The notes under the pieces: generated by a model
What the model was told of the DNA's origin: nothing
Database searches by the model: none
Seen by the model: the letters and a program-made list of their open reading frames with translations, nothing else
Origin: Escherichia phage KEP4
Length of the DNA: 64,000 bases
Direction: 5' to 3' (one strand)
Sequence record: PP047754
Position numbers and translations under genes: made by a program
Shown here: one piece after another, positions 20,847-29,773 of the stretch
Numbering within the stretch: the stretch's first letter is position 1
How the letters are laid out: each line of letters opens with the position of its first letter

Positions 20847-21095
20847 ATGCGTGGAATGAAAGTACAGGGGCACGCATCCATGTTGAGAAGCAGTTCTTGT
20901 CCAGGCGCGATCATTTGTACTGATCATGCTGCAGGTATGGCTGCATTGCAAGCCCGTCAACGCAACGAAACCCGTGAAGCCACCATTGTTGAACAATCAA
21001 ACCAGATATCGAATCTGGAGGCGACGATCAAAATGATGGCCGAAAAGTTGGGGATAGAAATCCCCGAAGGAGGTCAGAATGGCGACGCAAGCTGA
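20847..21095 (+). CDS. hypothetical small protein (82 aa)
   Basis: ATG 20847 with GAGGA SD; track start 20808 is an alternative. Confidence 0.45.
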   Translation: MRGMKVQGHASMLRSSSCPGAIICTDHAAGMAALQARQRNETREATIVEQSNQISNLEATIKMMAEKLGIEIPEGGQNGDAS

Positions 21096-21420
21096 AAGAT
21101 CTGGGCTTGATATCCGTGGTATCTTGACTGCTGTCGTGGCTTCTGCATTGGTCTCGGCGGCGTCGTTCCTTTGGTTTATGGGTGGGATGGAAACACGCGT
21201 GAATGTATTGGAGCGAGATTCTAATAAAATGGATCAGGTCCTTCAAAAGGTGAATGACATGAGTGAGCGCATGGCGATCATGAATACAGACCTCGCATAT
21301 GTCAAACAAAATATGGCTGAGTTAAAACTCAATAGCAGCAGCCTATCAGACGATGTCCGCACATTGCGGATTACTGTATCTGATTTGCAGCAACGAGGGA
21401 ATAACAATGGCCGTCAATAA
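21079..21420 (+). CDS. hypothetical membrane-anchored coiled-coil protein (113 aa)
   Basis: GAAGGAGG SD; N-terminal TM helix ILTAVVASALVSAASFLWFMGG then coiled-coil-like region. Confidence 0.5.
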   Translation: MATQAERSGLDIRGILTAVVASALVSAASFLWFMGGMETRVNVLERDSNKMDQVLQKVNDMSERMAIMNTDLAYVKQNMAELKLNSSSLSDDVRTLRITVSDLQQRGNNNGRQ

Positions 21421-22159
21421 AATTCGCGACAAGAAATCTTTTATGAACTATGTCTTGCGTAAATTGGGCGCTCCGGTCATCCAAATTAACCTTGACAGTT
21501 CACAAGTAGAAGATGCTGTTGATGATGCTCTACAGAAGTTTTGGGAATATCATCGCGACGGTAGCCAAGATGCGTTCTTCCTGTACCAAGTTAAGCAAGA
21601 AGATATCGACAAGGGTTATATTGAATTCCCAGAAGATATTGACGATGTGATTGAAGTTATCCCTGGACCTCCTATTGAGTCAATTGGAAACTGGGCAACT
21701 CCTCAATGGCAAATGGCCCAAGCCATGCTTGTACCAAAAGCGGCGCTTGTGTCTATTCGTCTCATTGATTACGTTTCCATGCAACAGCGCCTGTCTGATA
21801 TCACAAGCGTCTTGAATGTTCGTCGTAATTTTGTGTACAAGAAGTTCCAGCGACGCCTTTACCCGCAATTTGCTGCCACCATTGATGAAACTCTGGCTTT
21901 CCGTTGTTATCAGAATATCGACCCCGAATCGGAAGAAAACGCTGAAGCATGGAATGACATGTGGTTGAAAGCGTATGCGACTGCATTGGTTAAGCGCCGT
22001 TGGGCAGAGGTGCTTAAGAAGGCAAGAGGCATCCGTCTCCCAGGTGGTATCGAACTGGATGGTGATAGTATGTTCAGTGAGGCCGAGACCGAGATAGAGC
22101 GGTTGGAGGAAGAATTGCGTACTGGTCAGCAATACCCTATCGATTTTATGATGGGATAA
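21407..22159 (+). CDS. neck protein (T4 gp13-like)
   Basis: motifs LRKLGAPVIQINL, FWEYHRDG and C-terminal YATALVKRRWAEVLKKARGIRLPGGIELDG resemble T4 gp13; synteny. Confidence 0.75.
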   Translation: MAVNKIRDKKSFMNYVLRKLGAPVIQINLDSSQVEDAVDDALQKFWEYHRDGSQDAFFLYQVKQEDIDKGYIEFPEDIDDVIEVIPGPPIESIGNWATPQWQMAQAMLVPKAALVSIRLIDYVSMQQRLSDITSVLNVRRNFVYKKFQRRLYPQFAATIDETLAFRCYQNIDPESEENAEAWNDMWLKAYATALVKRRWAEVLKKARGIRLPGGIELDGDSMFSEAETEIERLEEELRTGQQYPIDFMMG

Positions 22160-22162
22160 GAG

Positions 22163-22189
22163 AAGGCGGGATAACCCGCCTTTCTTTTT
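22163..22189. terminator. bidirectional hairpin terminator (aaggcggg-ataa-cccgcctt, T-run on + side)
   Basis: follows gp13-like stop (22159) and overlaps the stop of the convergent minus gene (22188). Confidence 0.7.
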
Positions 22190-22400
22190 ATAACTTGATG
22201 TCGCGTTCGGAAGGATTTGAATTTGCTAGAATATAACCATCAACCACGTTCTTTTCATCCCACCATTCAATAAAATCATTCCCATCTTTGCCTTTAATAA
22301 GACCCACAATGTTATAAGAATTATTTGCGACTTTAGCGTCCACACAGATAATTCTCACACGCCTTCCGTCACGAGTTTCTTTAATATCTTCAACCTTCAT
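22188..22400 (-). CDS. hypothetical small protein (70 aa) on the opposite strand inside the neck module
   Basis: minus-strand ORF with GAGGA SD 9 nt upstream of ATG 22400. Confidence 0.5.
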   Translation of the reverse strand: MKVEDIKETRDGRRVRIICVDAKVANNSYNIVGLIKGKDGNDFIEWWDEKNVVDGYILANSNPSERDIKL

Positions 22401-22431
22401 TTATCAATTCCTCAAAAGAATTAATGATTGA

Positions 22432-22456
22432 CTAAATACCTTCAAAATTGAGGGTA
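22432..22456 (+). promoter_or_regulatory. late-promoter box CTAAATA plus hairpin (taccttc/gagggta) whose 3' arm GAGGG is the SD of the next gene
   Basis: same architecture as the tailspike-upstream elements; 7-bp stem with one G-U pair. Confidence 0.5.
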
Positions 22457-22461
22457 AAGTC

Positions 22462-23103
22462 ATGGCTACTTCAAAATATTTCAACTATACAGCACACCAA
22501 GGTACTCAGAAATTAATTGACGACTTGGTGGTCGAGATGATACAACTACGTGGGATTGACGTCAAGTATATTCCACGTTCCATCGTTGAAAAATACCCAA
22601 TTTTAAACGAGGCTGAACATAAATTCGACCAGGCGTTCGATATCGAAGTATACATGCAAGATTACCAAGGCTTTAACACCCAAATGTGGGAGAAGTTTGG
22701 CGGTATTCAATTACAAGATGAAGTGACGTTCACCATTGCTCGTCGCCGTTTTTCGGAAGTGATTGGTAATGGGCCAGGACTTGAGCAGATGCCTCAAGAA
22801 GGTGATTTGATATACCTCCCAATGGCGAACAAGATATTCAAAGTGAATAACCCGAATAACGACGAAGAATTTATGCAATTCGGTAAATGGTACACATATT
22901 CCTTACCGTGCACGTTGTTCCAATATGGTAATGAAGATTTTGATACTGGTGTATCTGAAATTGACGACATCGATAAACGTTTACAAGATCTAGACGGCGA
23001 TGGTGTCTATAAAGATGCCAGTCTACAGACAGATAACCAATTTGCGGACGAAATAGAGAAAGATCTTTCGCCCAATAAAATGAAGATAGACTTCGGGGAA
23101 TAA
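22462..23103 (+). CDS. neck protein (T4 gp14-like), tentative
   Basis: 213 aa; assigned by position between gp13-like and gp15-like genes. Confidence 0.55.
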   Translation: MATSKYFNYTAHQGTQKLIDDLVVEMIQLRGIDVKYIPRSIVEKYPILNEAEHKFDQAFDIEVYMQDYQGFNTQMWEKFGGIQLQDEVTFTIARRRFSEVIGNGPGLEQMPQEGDLIYLPMANKIFKVNNPNNDEEFMQFGKWYTYSLPCTLFQYGNEDFDTGVSEIDDIDKRLQDLDGDGVYKDASLQTDNQFADEIEKDLSPNKMKIDFGE

Positions 23104-23105
23104 TC

Positions 23106-23804
23106 ATGGCCAGACCATTTGAAAAATATTTCTACCATGAATCGTTGTTGAAATACATTCATGTCTTCAACGCTATCATGTCAGATTTAAAAGTCAAAAC
23201 CGAACGTGGCTTGATGGAAATCCCGCTGCATATGGCTATTGGCCGTCGCAATGACCTCAACAGGAACGTGCCAGCCAATATGCTGCCATTTGCGACTATG
23301 TCCTTCGGTCAATTCGAAATTAATAAACAAGTGACCAAGTCGTATCATAATCAGATATCGACTGCAACTGCGCGGTCCAAACAACGAATTCCGATCATTA
23401 TAGATTTTGAATATAACATCAGAACGAAGAAACTGGTCGAAATGCTACAGGTGTTGGAACAAATTTATTCTGTGTTCACTCCTTCTATTGATTGTCAGAT
23501 AAAAGACAACGATACGTTATCTCAAGATCAAAACGTGAAGATTATGTTGACATCCCATACCATTTCCGATAACTGGGAAGGGGATGCCGCTGAATCACCC
23601 CATATAGATTGCACCTTTAATTTTCAATTACATGGGCACATTTATGGCGAAGATTATTGGGTCGATGACGGCTCTGGCGGTGGTGATCCGAACGTTATCA
23701 AAGAGATAATTATTGAAATGTCTAATGATTTGAACACGCCATGGTCGGAACTGCCTGAGTGGTTCCGAGTTGACAAAGATGGCATACATCATCCGGAGGA
23801 TTGA
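23106..23804 (+). CDS. tail sheath stabiliser / tail terminator (T4 gp15-like)
   Basis: 232 aa; synteny and loose similarity to T4 gp15. Confidence 0.6.
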   Translation: MARPFEKYFYHESLLKYIHVFNAIMSDLKVKTERGLMEIPLHMAIGRRNDLNRNVPANMLPFATMSFGQFEINKQVTKSYHNQISTATARSKQRIPIIIDFEYNIRTKKLVEMLQVLEQIYSVFTPSIDCQIKDNDTLSQDQNVKIMLTSHTISDNWEGDAAESPHIDCTFNFQLHGHIYGEDYWVDDGSGGGDPNVIKEIIIEMSNDLNTPWSELPEWFRVDKDGIHHPED

Positions 23805-23806
23805 TC

Positions 23807-24487
23807 ATGAGCAATATGTCAGAAAGGTTACTTGCGACGCTAGACGCGGTGACTGCCAGAGATGAAGTTGGTAAGGAGGCGATGGAAGCCGTCTCTCCAC
23901 GTCCAGGTATTGACTTCGATGAAAAAACGGGCGAGTGGTTTGGTGAACGCCCAGAAGGTTATCAGCCGATTCCAGAACCTCCATCATTGGAAGATATCGC
24001 GTCCAAAGAATCCAAGGTTCCGGAGTTTGCGGATACTGATGCCACAACAGATTACAAGCGGATACGCGACACAACATATGCCATGCAAGAAGCCACGATG
24101 TTCATGATGGGGCAAGCTGCTAAATTAGCTGCATCTACCGAAGCCCCAAGAGCGTTTTCCGTGTTTCGTGAATTGGGCGAACTCATGCGCGGCCTGAACA
24201 AAGACCTGATGGAAAACCAAAAAACCATCAAAGCTGTGACAGGGGATAAAGAACCGCCGACTGATGACACAACCGTGGATGTTACCACTTCACCCGACGG
24301 GACCACAACAGTATCTGTTGGGAAGAAAGCGAGATCTTCGCGCGATTTATTGAAAACGATCGAAGATGCACGCCGCCGCGCTGAAGAACGCGCCCAGGCA
24401 AAAGCCACCCAACAAACCGAAGATGAAATTATCGACGGAGAAACGGTTGACGTGAAGGAAGAAGACGATGGCGTATCAGAAGCGTGA
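23807..24487 (+). CDS. terminase small subunit (T4 gp16-like)
   Basis: GGAGGA SD 6 nt before ATG 23807 (track start 23801 is TTG); segment MQEATMFMMGQAAKLAAS...FRELGELMRG resembles T4 gp16; directly upstream of TerL and overlapping it. Confidence 0.7.
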   Translation: MSNMSERLLATLDAVTARDEVGKEAMEAVSPRPGIDFDEKTGEWFGERPEGYQPIPEPPSLEDIASKESKVPEFADTDATTDYKRIRDTTYAMQEATMFMMGQAAKLAASTEAPRAFSVFRELGELMRGLNKDLMENQKTIKAVTGDKEPPTDDTTVDVTTSPDGTTTVSVGKKARSSRDLLKTIEDARRRAEERAQAKATQQTEDEIIDGETVDVKEEDDGVSEA

Positions 24488-26678
24488 TATAGAATATGCT
24501 CCGATAAAAACGGGGTTTAAAATCGACGACGTGAAATTGCGTATGGACCAGACGTTCATGCGCAAGCCTTCTGTGCGCGCTCCACGAGTCGAGTTGATGC
24601 TAACAGATGAACAAGAAGACGAATTTGTTGAATGTTCAATGGACGCGCATTACTTCGCTGCCAATTACTATAAGATAACGACAATCGATAAAGGCTTTAT
24701 CCTTTTCGATATGCATGATTATCAGAAACAATTATTTCACGATTTTCAAGATTATCGTTTCAATGCCGTTGTCCAGGCGCGTCAGTCCGGTAAATGCGTC
24801 CGTGGTGATACTCTTGTTTATGTCTATGATACAGTCAGTCAACAAGAGTTGCATCTCACCATAGAAGAGCTTCACAAGCGCTTCGAAGGACCGAACCATG
24901 CTGTGCCACTGAATACCATTGGCAACCACAATAAGTTTGTAGACAGCCGTTTCGGGAAACGATATTTTGTTGAGTCCGACACTGGCTGGGTTCCGGTTAT
25001 TGCCGCTCATAAAACGAAAGAATACGCTGAATACGTGGTCAGGACTGAAACCGGACGCACAATTCATGTCGCAGATGAGCACATGTTCTTCAATGAATAT
25101 GGGCGCGAAGTATTTGCTAAAGACATGGAGGCCGGAGATGCCATAATGACCCAGGAGGGAATAGAATTCATCTCTGAGATCTGGGAGACTGGTGAGTACC
25201 ACCACATGTATGACTTGCAAGTCAAGTCCAGCGATCAACGTTATTACACGAATGGGTTCCTCAGCCATAATACCACGGTCGTGGCTGCGTTTCTTCTTTG
25301 GTATGCGATGTTCCACTCAGACAAAGAAATCGCGGTACTGGCAAACAAAGAGAAACAAGCGATTGAAATTCTTGACCGTATCAGGAAGGCGTATCAGGAC
25401 CTCCCATTCTTCCTTCAGCAGGGTTGTGAGAAGTTTGGTTCTACACTGATAGAGTTTGAGAACGGCTCTAAGATATATGCTTATGCAACGTCTTCGGACT
25501 CTATTCGTGGTCGTTCTGTATCTCTCTTGTACGTGGACGAAGTCGCATTCATCGAAAATGACTTTGAATTTTGGGAATCAACATTCCCAGCGATCGCATC
25601 TGCTGATACTTCACGTTGTATTCTGACCAGTACTCCGAAAGGCCAGCGAGGGTTGTTCTATGATATCGTCACCAAAGCAGACCCGCGCCATCCGCAATAC
25701 AACGACTTCCATCTTACCGAAGTCCCTTGGTACAAGGTTCCGGCGTACACCAAAGACCCTGATTGGGAAACCAAACAACGCGCTCGTCTGGGGGATGCCC
25801 GTTTTGACCAGGAATTTGGAATCAAGTTCCGTGGTTCTGTAGGTTCATTGATACCAGCCAAATGCTTGGATAAAATGACATCCAAGTTATATCGAGAGCC
25901 TAATGAATTCACCAAAATTTACAAGGAATATGACCCGCAACGCATCTACTTCGGGATTGCAGATACGGGGAAAGGTGTTGAAGGAGATTATTCGGTTCTG
26001 ACAATTCTGGATATAACGGAATACCCGCATGTCATAGCGGCCAAGTACAGGAACAATACAATACCTCCGATGATGTATGCATACACGATAGCCGATATGT
26101 GTACTGAATACGGGGAATGCCCTGTCCTTGTAGAAACCAACAACGACGTTGGTGGACAGGTTATTACGATCTTGTATCAAGAAATTGAGTATCCAGAGAT
26201 CATATTCACGTCGACGGATAACAAAGGGACAGGGAAACGGATTGGTGGTCGTAAACCAGAGCCAGGCATTAACACCAACAGGAAAGTGCGATCTATTGGT
26301 TGTGCTAACCTGAAAGCGCTTATTGAGAAAGAAATGTTGGTGATTGAAGATCAAGACACGATAGATGAACTCAGCACATTCGTGTTCCGTGGTGCGCGTT
26401 ATGAAGCAGATGATGGATGTCACGACGACTGCGTTATGCCGTTGGTATTATATTCTTGGGCAGTTAAACAAGAATGGTTCAGTGATCTGACTTCTACCAG
26501 TATTTCTCAAGACATGAGAAATAGAATGTCTTCGACTGAGTCACAACAAGTATTCCCGTTTGGTGGTTTAGTCGTGGGAGACACTCCATCTGGAACTGAG
26601 CATCTCCCTGGGTTCGGTGGTGTTCAAGTCTTCGACGAACGTTCAGGGATGACCATGGATGAGTGGTTTAAGAATTGA
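24468..26678 (+). CDS. terminase large subunit (T4 gp17-like), intein-containing
   Basis: extein reads ARQSGK/TTVVAAFLLW (T4: SRQLGKTTVVAIFLAHF), downstream YVDEVAFI Walker B-like and nuclease region; 736 aa vs ~610 for T4. Confidence 0.9.
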   Translation: MAYQKRDIEYAPIKTGFKIDDVKLRMDQTFMRKPSVRAPRVELMLTDEQEDEFVECSMDAHYFAANYYKITTIDKGFILFDMHDYQKQLFHDFQDYRFNAVVQARQSGKCVRGDTLVYVYDTVSQQELHLTIEELHKRFEGPNHAVPLNTIGNHNKFVDSRFGKRYFVESDTGWVPVIAAHKTKEYAEYVVRTETGRTIHVADEHMFFNEYGREVFAKDMEAGDAIMTQEGIEFISEIWETGEYHHMYDLQVKSSDQRYYTNGFLSHNTTVVAAFLLWYAMFHSDKEIAVLANKEKQAIEILDRIRKAYQDLPFFLQQGCEKFGSTLIEFENGSKIYAYATSSDSIRGRSVSLLYVDEVAFIENDFEFWESTFPAIASADTSRCILTSTPKGQRGLFYDIVTKADPRHPQYNDFHLTEVPWYKVPAYTKDPDWETKQRARLGDARFDQEFGIKFRGSVGSLIPAKCLDKMTSKLYREPNEFTKIYKEYDPQRIYFGIADTGKGVEGDYSVLTILDITEYPHVIAAKYRNNTIPPMMYAYTIADMCTEYGECPVLVETNNDVGGQVITILYQEIEYPEIIFTSTDNKGTGKRIGGRKPEPGINTNRKVRSIGCANLKALIEKEMLVIEDQDTIDELSTFVFRGARYEADDGCHDDCVMPLVLYSWAVKQEWFSDLTSTSISQDMRNRMSSTESQQVFPFGGLVVGDTPSGTEHLPGFGGVQVFDERSGMTMDEWFKN
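24795..25271 (+). mobile_element. mini-intein (159 aa) inserted in the TerL Walker A P-loop between GK and T
   Basis: starts Cys (CVRGDTLV, block A), contains GRTIHVADEH (block B-like), ends FLSHN followed by Thr +1; no homing-endonuclease domain. Confidence 0.75.
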
Positions 26679-26681
26679 TCA

Positions 26682-26688
26682 CTAAATA
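26682..26688 (+). promoter_or_regulatory. late-promoter-like box CTAAATA upstream of the sheath gene
   Basis: immediately after TerL stop; about 40 nt before ATG 26731. Confidence 0.4.
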
Positions 26689-26730
26689 TCTTTCAAATTG
26701 AGCGAAACTCTACCGAGAAGGAATGATATT

Positions 26731-28626
26731 ATGGCAACTCAAAGCTTCAGCGTTGCGCCGTCCGTTCAGTGGACTGAGCGTGATGCCACGCTTCAGACGT
26801 CCCCGTCCGTTGTTGTTCAGGGCGCGACCGTCGGCAAATTTCAATGGGGTGAAGTTGAACTTCCAGTGCTGGTGACTGGTGGTGAGACAGGTTTGGTGAA
26901 GAAATTCTTCAAACCCAACGACAGCACCGCGACCGATTTTCTCGTAATCGCGGACTTTTTGTCTTACAGCTCTATGGCATGGGTGACCCGTGTTGTTGGT
27001 CCTCTGGCCAAGAACTCTGTTACCAAAGGTCAGACAGCGATTGCGATCAAAAACAAACTGGATTTTGAAACAGCAAGTCCTTCGGCGTCCATCACTTGGA
27101 CTGGTCGTTATCCAGGTTCCCTGGGTAATGATATTGCTATCAATGTTTGTGATGCTGCTGGGTTCTCAACTTGGGAATTCCGTAATAACTTTGCATACGC
27201 ACCTCAGTCTGGTGAATTCCATGTAGTTGTCGTAGACAAAGTTGGTCGCATTACCGACTCTGCTGGCGCGGTCGGTCAGGTTGACCGTATCTCCGTTTCT
27301 GGTACGGCTACTGCTGCTGGCACCATCAGTGTGGCAGGTGAAGATATCGCATATCTGGATACTGATACTCCAGCCGATTTGGCAACCAAAATCGGCACAG
27401 CGCTAACTTCCCTGACAAGTGTTTATTCTTCTGTTGTCGTGAAGTCCAACACTGTCATCGTGACACATAAAGCTATCGGTCCTCAGGCCGTTACAGCTAT
27501 CGTTCCTGATGATAAAGGACTGACTGCAACAGCCGTAATCACTACTGTTGGCGCTTCTGGTTCCATCATTGAAAAATACGAACTGATGCAGAACACCCAG
27601 GGTTCTAAAAAATCCGATGGCGCGAATGCGTACTTCAAAGACGTGATCAACGATACTTCAAATTGGGTGTATACCTTCGCGAGCGAACTGGTTGCAGGTG
27701 TCGTTGAATTAGAAGGCGGCGTAGACGATTATAACATCAACCGCGTGGCAGCTATCCAAGTCTTGAACAATGCTGAAGCATATGATGCGAAGCCAGTATT
27801 TGCGTACTGTGAAGAACTGATTGAGCAACAAGCATTGATCGACTTATCTACTGAGCGAAAAGATACTGTATCTTTCGTATCCCCGCTCCGTGATACGGTT
27901 GTTGGCAACCGTGGTCGTGAAATGGATGATGTCGTTGCTTGGCGTGAAAGTCTGGTGCGCGACTCCTCCTATTTCTTCATGGACGACAACTGGGCATACG
28001 TGTACGATAAATACAACGATAAGATGCGTTGGATTCCGGCTTGTGGCGGCACCGCAGGTGTTTGGGCGCGAAGCATTGAAATCGCGGGTATCTACAAATC
28101 TCCGGCGTTCCACAACCGTGGTAAATACAACAACTATAATCGAATGGCGTGGTCTGCGTCTTCTGATGAACGTGCTGTGTTGTACCGCAATCAGATCAAC
28201 AGCATCGTAACCTTCTCCAATGAAGGCATCGTCCTGTATGGTGACAAAACTGGCCTGACCCGCCCGTCGGCGTTTGACCGCATCAACGTTCGTGGTCTGT
28301 TCATCATGGCTGAGCAGAACATCGCCGCAATCGCCAAATACTATCTTGGTGAGAACAATGACGCGTTTACACGTGGTCTGTTCAGCAATGCGGTTCGTCC
28401 ATATATTCGCCAGCTGGCGAATATGGGCGCGATTTACGATGGTAAAGTCAAGTGTGATGAAGATAACAACACTGCTGATGTCATTGCGGCAAACCAAATG
28501 GTTGCTGGTATCTGGTTGAAACCGGAATACAGCATAAATTGGGTGTATCTTGACTTTGCTGCAGTTCGACCAGATATGGAGTTCAGCGAAATCGAATCCG
28601 GTGGCGGCATCGTTGCTGCTTCATAA
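26731..28626 (+). CDS. tail sheath protein (T4 gp18-like)
   Basis: GKFQWGEVELP near the N-terminus as in T4 gp18 (GKFQWGPAFQ); 631 aa; synteny; track start 26698 is TTG. Confidence 0.85.
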   Translation: MATQSFSVAPSVQWTERDATLQTSPSVVVQGATVGKFQWGEVELPVLVTGGETGLVKKFFKPNDSTATDFLVIADFLSYSSMAWVTRVVGPLAKNSVTKGQTAIAIKNKLDFETASPSASITWTGRYPGSLGNDIAINVCDAAGFSTWEFRNNFAYAPQSGEFHVVVVDKVGRITDSAGAVGQVDRISVSGTATAAGTISVAGEDIAYLDTDTPADLATKIGTALTSLTSVYSSVVVKSNTVIVTHKAIGPQAVTAIVPDDKGLTATAVITTVGASGSIIEKYELMQNTQGSKKSDGANAYFKDVINDTSNWVYTFASELVAGVVELEGGVDDYNINRVAAIQVLNNAEAYDAKPVFAYCEELIEQQALIDLSTERKDTVSFVSPLRDTVVGNRGREMDDVVAWRESLVRDSSYFFMDDNWAYVYDKYNDKMRWIPACGGTAGVWARSIEIAGIYKSPAFHNRGKYNNYNRMAWSASSDERAVLYRNQINSIVTFSNEGIVLYGDKTGLTRPSAFDRINVRGLFIMAEQNIAAIAKYYLGENNDAFTRGLFSNAVRPYIRQLANMGAIYDGKVKCDEDNNTADVIAANQMVAGIWLKPEYSINWVYLDFAAVRPDMEFSEIESGGGIVAAS

Positions 28627-28633
28627 AATGACC

Positions 28634-28660
28634 AACCCCGCTTCGGCGGGGTTTTCCTTT
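28634..28660 (+). terminator. rho-independent terminator (aaccccgc-ttcg-gcggggtt + TTCCTTT)
   Basis: 8-bp GC stem, ttcg tetraloop, U-tract after the sheath gene. Confidence 0.85.
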
Positions 28661-28683
28661 GTCTTATTGATTTGAGTTATTGA

Positions 28684-29142
28684 ATGATATACGCATACAA
28701 AATTGAAACGATAACTAATGGAAAGGTCTACATCGGTGTGACCAATCACCCACAACGAAGATATGATCAGCATTTTGCGAATGCTTTTCATCATGGAGTC
28801 CAAAGTGAATTGTATGATGCCATGCGTAAGTATGGAACATCTGGATTTACTTTCGTTGTAATTGCTCAGACCGATGAAGTCCATAAATGGGAATTAGAGA
28901 AGCAACTCATCGCTCAATATAATTCTTATGAGATGGGTTACAACATGAATAAAGGCGGTAATGATGGAAGTCATATGCTGGGTAAAACTGCAGCAAAATT
29001 GACATCTACAGGTGAACACATTGGTCTTGTTTCTCTCATAGATCCCCGTTGGGAATTGTGTGAAATCGAACCCGTTTTAAGCAATGTTGACCACGGATTT
29101 GATTTTTCTTCCATGAAGATTAAAAGATTGACGACTAATTAG
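28684..29142 (+). CDS. GIY-YIG nuclease (free-standing, homing-endonuclease-like; 152 aa)
   Basis: IYAYK...KVYIGVT...RRYDQH...E...YNMNKGG matches GIY / YIG / Arg / Glu / Asn catalytic pattern; inserted between sheath and tube genes. Confidence 0.7.
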   Translation: MIYAYKIETITNGKVYIGVTNHPQRRYDQHFANAFHHGVQSELYDAMRKYGTSGFTFVVIAQTDEVHKWELEKQLIAQYNSYEMGYNMNKGGNDGSHMLGKTAAKLTSTGEHIGLVSLIDPRWELCEIEPVLSNVDHGFDFSSMKIKRLTTN

Positions 29143-29172
29143 AATTGTGTACTCTTATTTGGAGATATAAAA

Positions 29173-29706
29173 ATGGCGACAGTCAATGAGTTTCGCGCAG
29201 CCATGTCACGAGGGGGCGGCGTACAACGCCAACACCGCTGGCGTGTGACTGTAAACTTTCCTTCTTTTGTTGCTGGTTCCGACACAATTCGTGACGTGTC
29301 CTTGCTGGCTGTAACCACCAACACCCCAACAGGTCAGCTGGGCGAAATTCTGGTGCCCTGGGGTGGTCGTGAACTTCCGTTCCCAGGGGATCGTCGTTTC
29401 GAAGCGCTTCCTGTGACGTTCATTAACGTGGTGAACAACGCTCCATACAATGCTTTTGAAGTGTGGCAGCAATTCATCAACGGTAGTGAAAACAACCGCG
29501 CCAGCGCGAATCCAGATGATTATTTCCGTGATATCATCATGGAACTTCTGGACGCGAATGACAACGTGACTAAGACATGGACTTTGCAGGGTGGCTGGCC
29601 TCAAAACCTCGGCCAATTGGAACTCGATATGTCGGCAATGGACTCTTACACACAGTTCACTGTCGACTTGCGTTATTTCCAAGCCGTTTCTGACAAGTCA
29701 TTGTAA
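29173..29706 (+). CDS. tail tube protein (T4 gp19-like)
   Basis: 177 aa; C-terminal WTLQGGWPQNLGQLELD resembles T4 gp19 GLWPTNVGELQLD; GGAG SD. Confidence 0.8.
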   Translation: MATVNEFRAAMSRGGGVQRQHRWRVTVNFPSFVAGSDTIRDVSLLAVTTNTPTGQLGEILVPWGGRELPFPGDRRFEALPVTFINVVNNAPYNAFEVWQQFINGSENNRASANPDDYFRDIIMELLDANDNVTKTWTLQGGWPQNLGQLELDMSAMDSYTQFTVDLRYFQAVSDKSL

Positions 29707-29719
29707 TGTCCTCGGTGCT

Positions 29720-29738
29720 GGGGGAATGTTATTCCCCC
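29720..29738 (+). terminator. hairpin gggggaat-gtt-attccccc after the tube gene (weak terminator or attenuator)
   Basis: 8-bp perfect inverted repeat; no clear U-tract. Confidence 0.4.
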
Positions 29739-29773
29739 TCACTAATTACAAGAAAATGTTGAGGACTTAGATC

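Noticed and set aside
24795-25271. Possibility that the TerL insertion is a homing endonuclease or group I intron
   Set aside because: The reading frame is continuous with no stop or frameshift; the insert has intein blocks A and G and a Thr +1 nucleophile, and lacks LAGLIDADG/HNH/GIY-YIG motifs.
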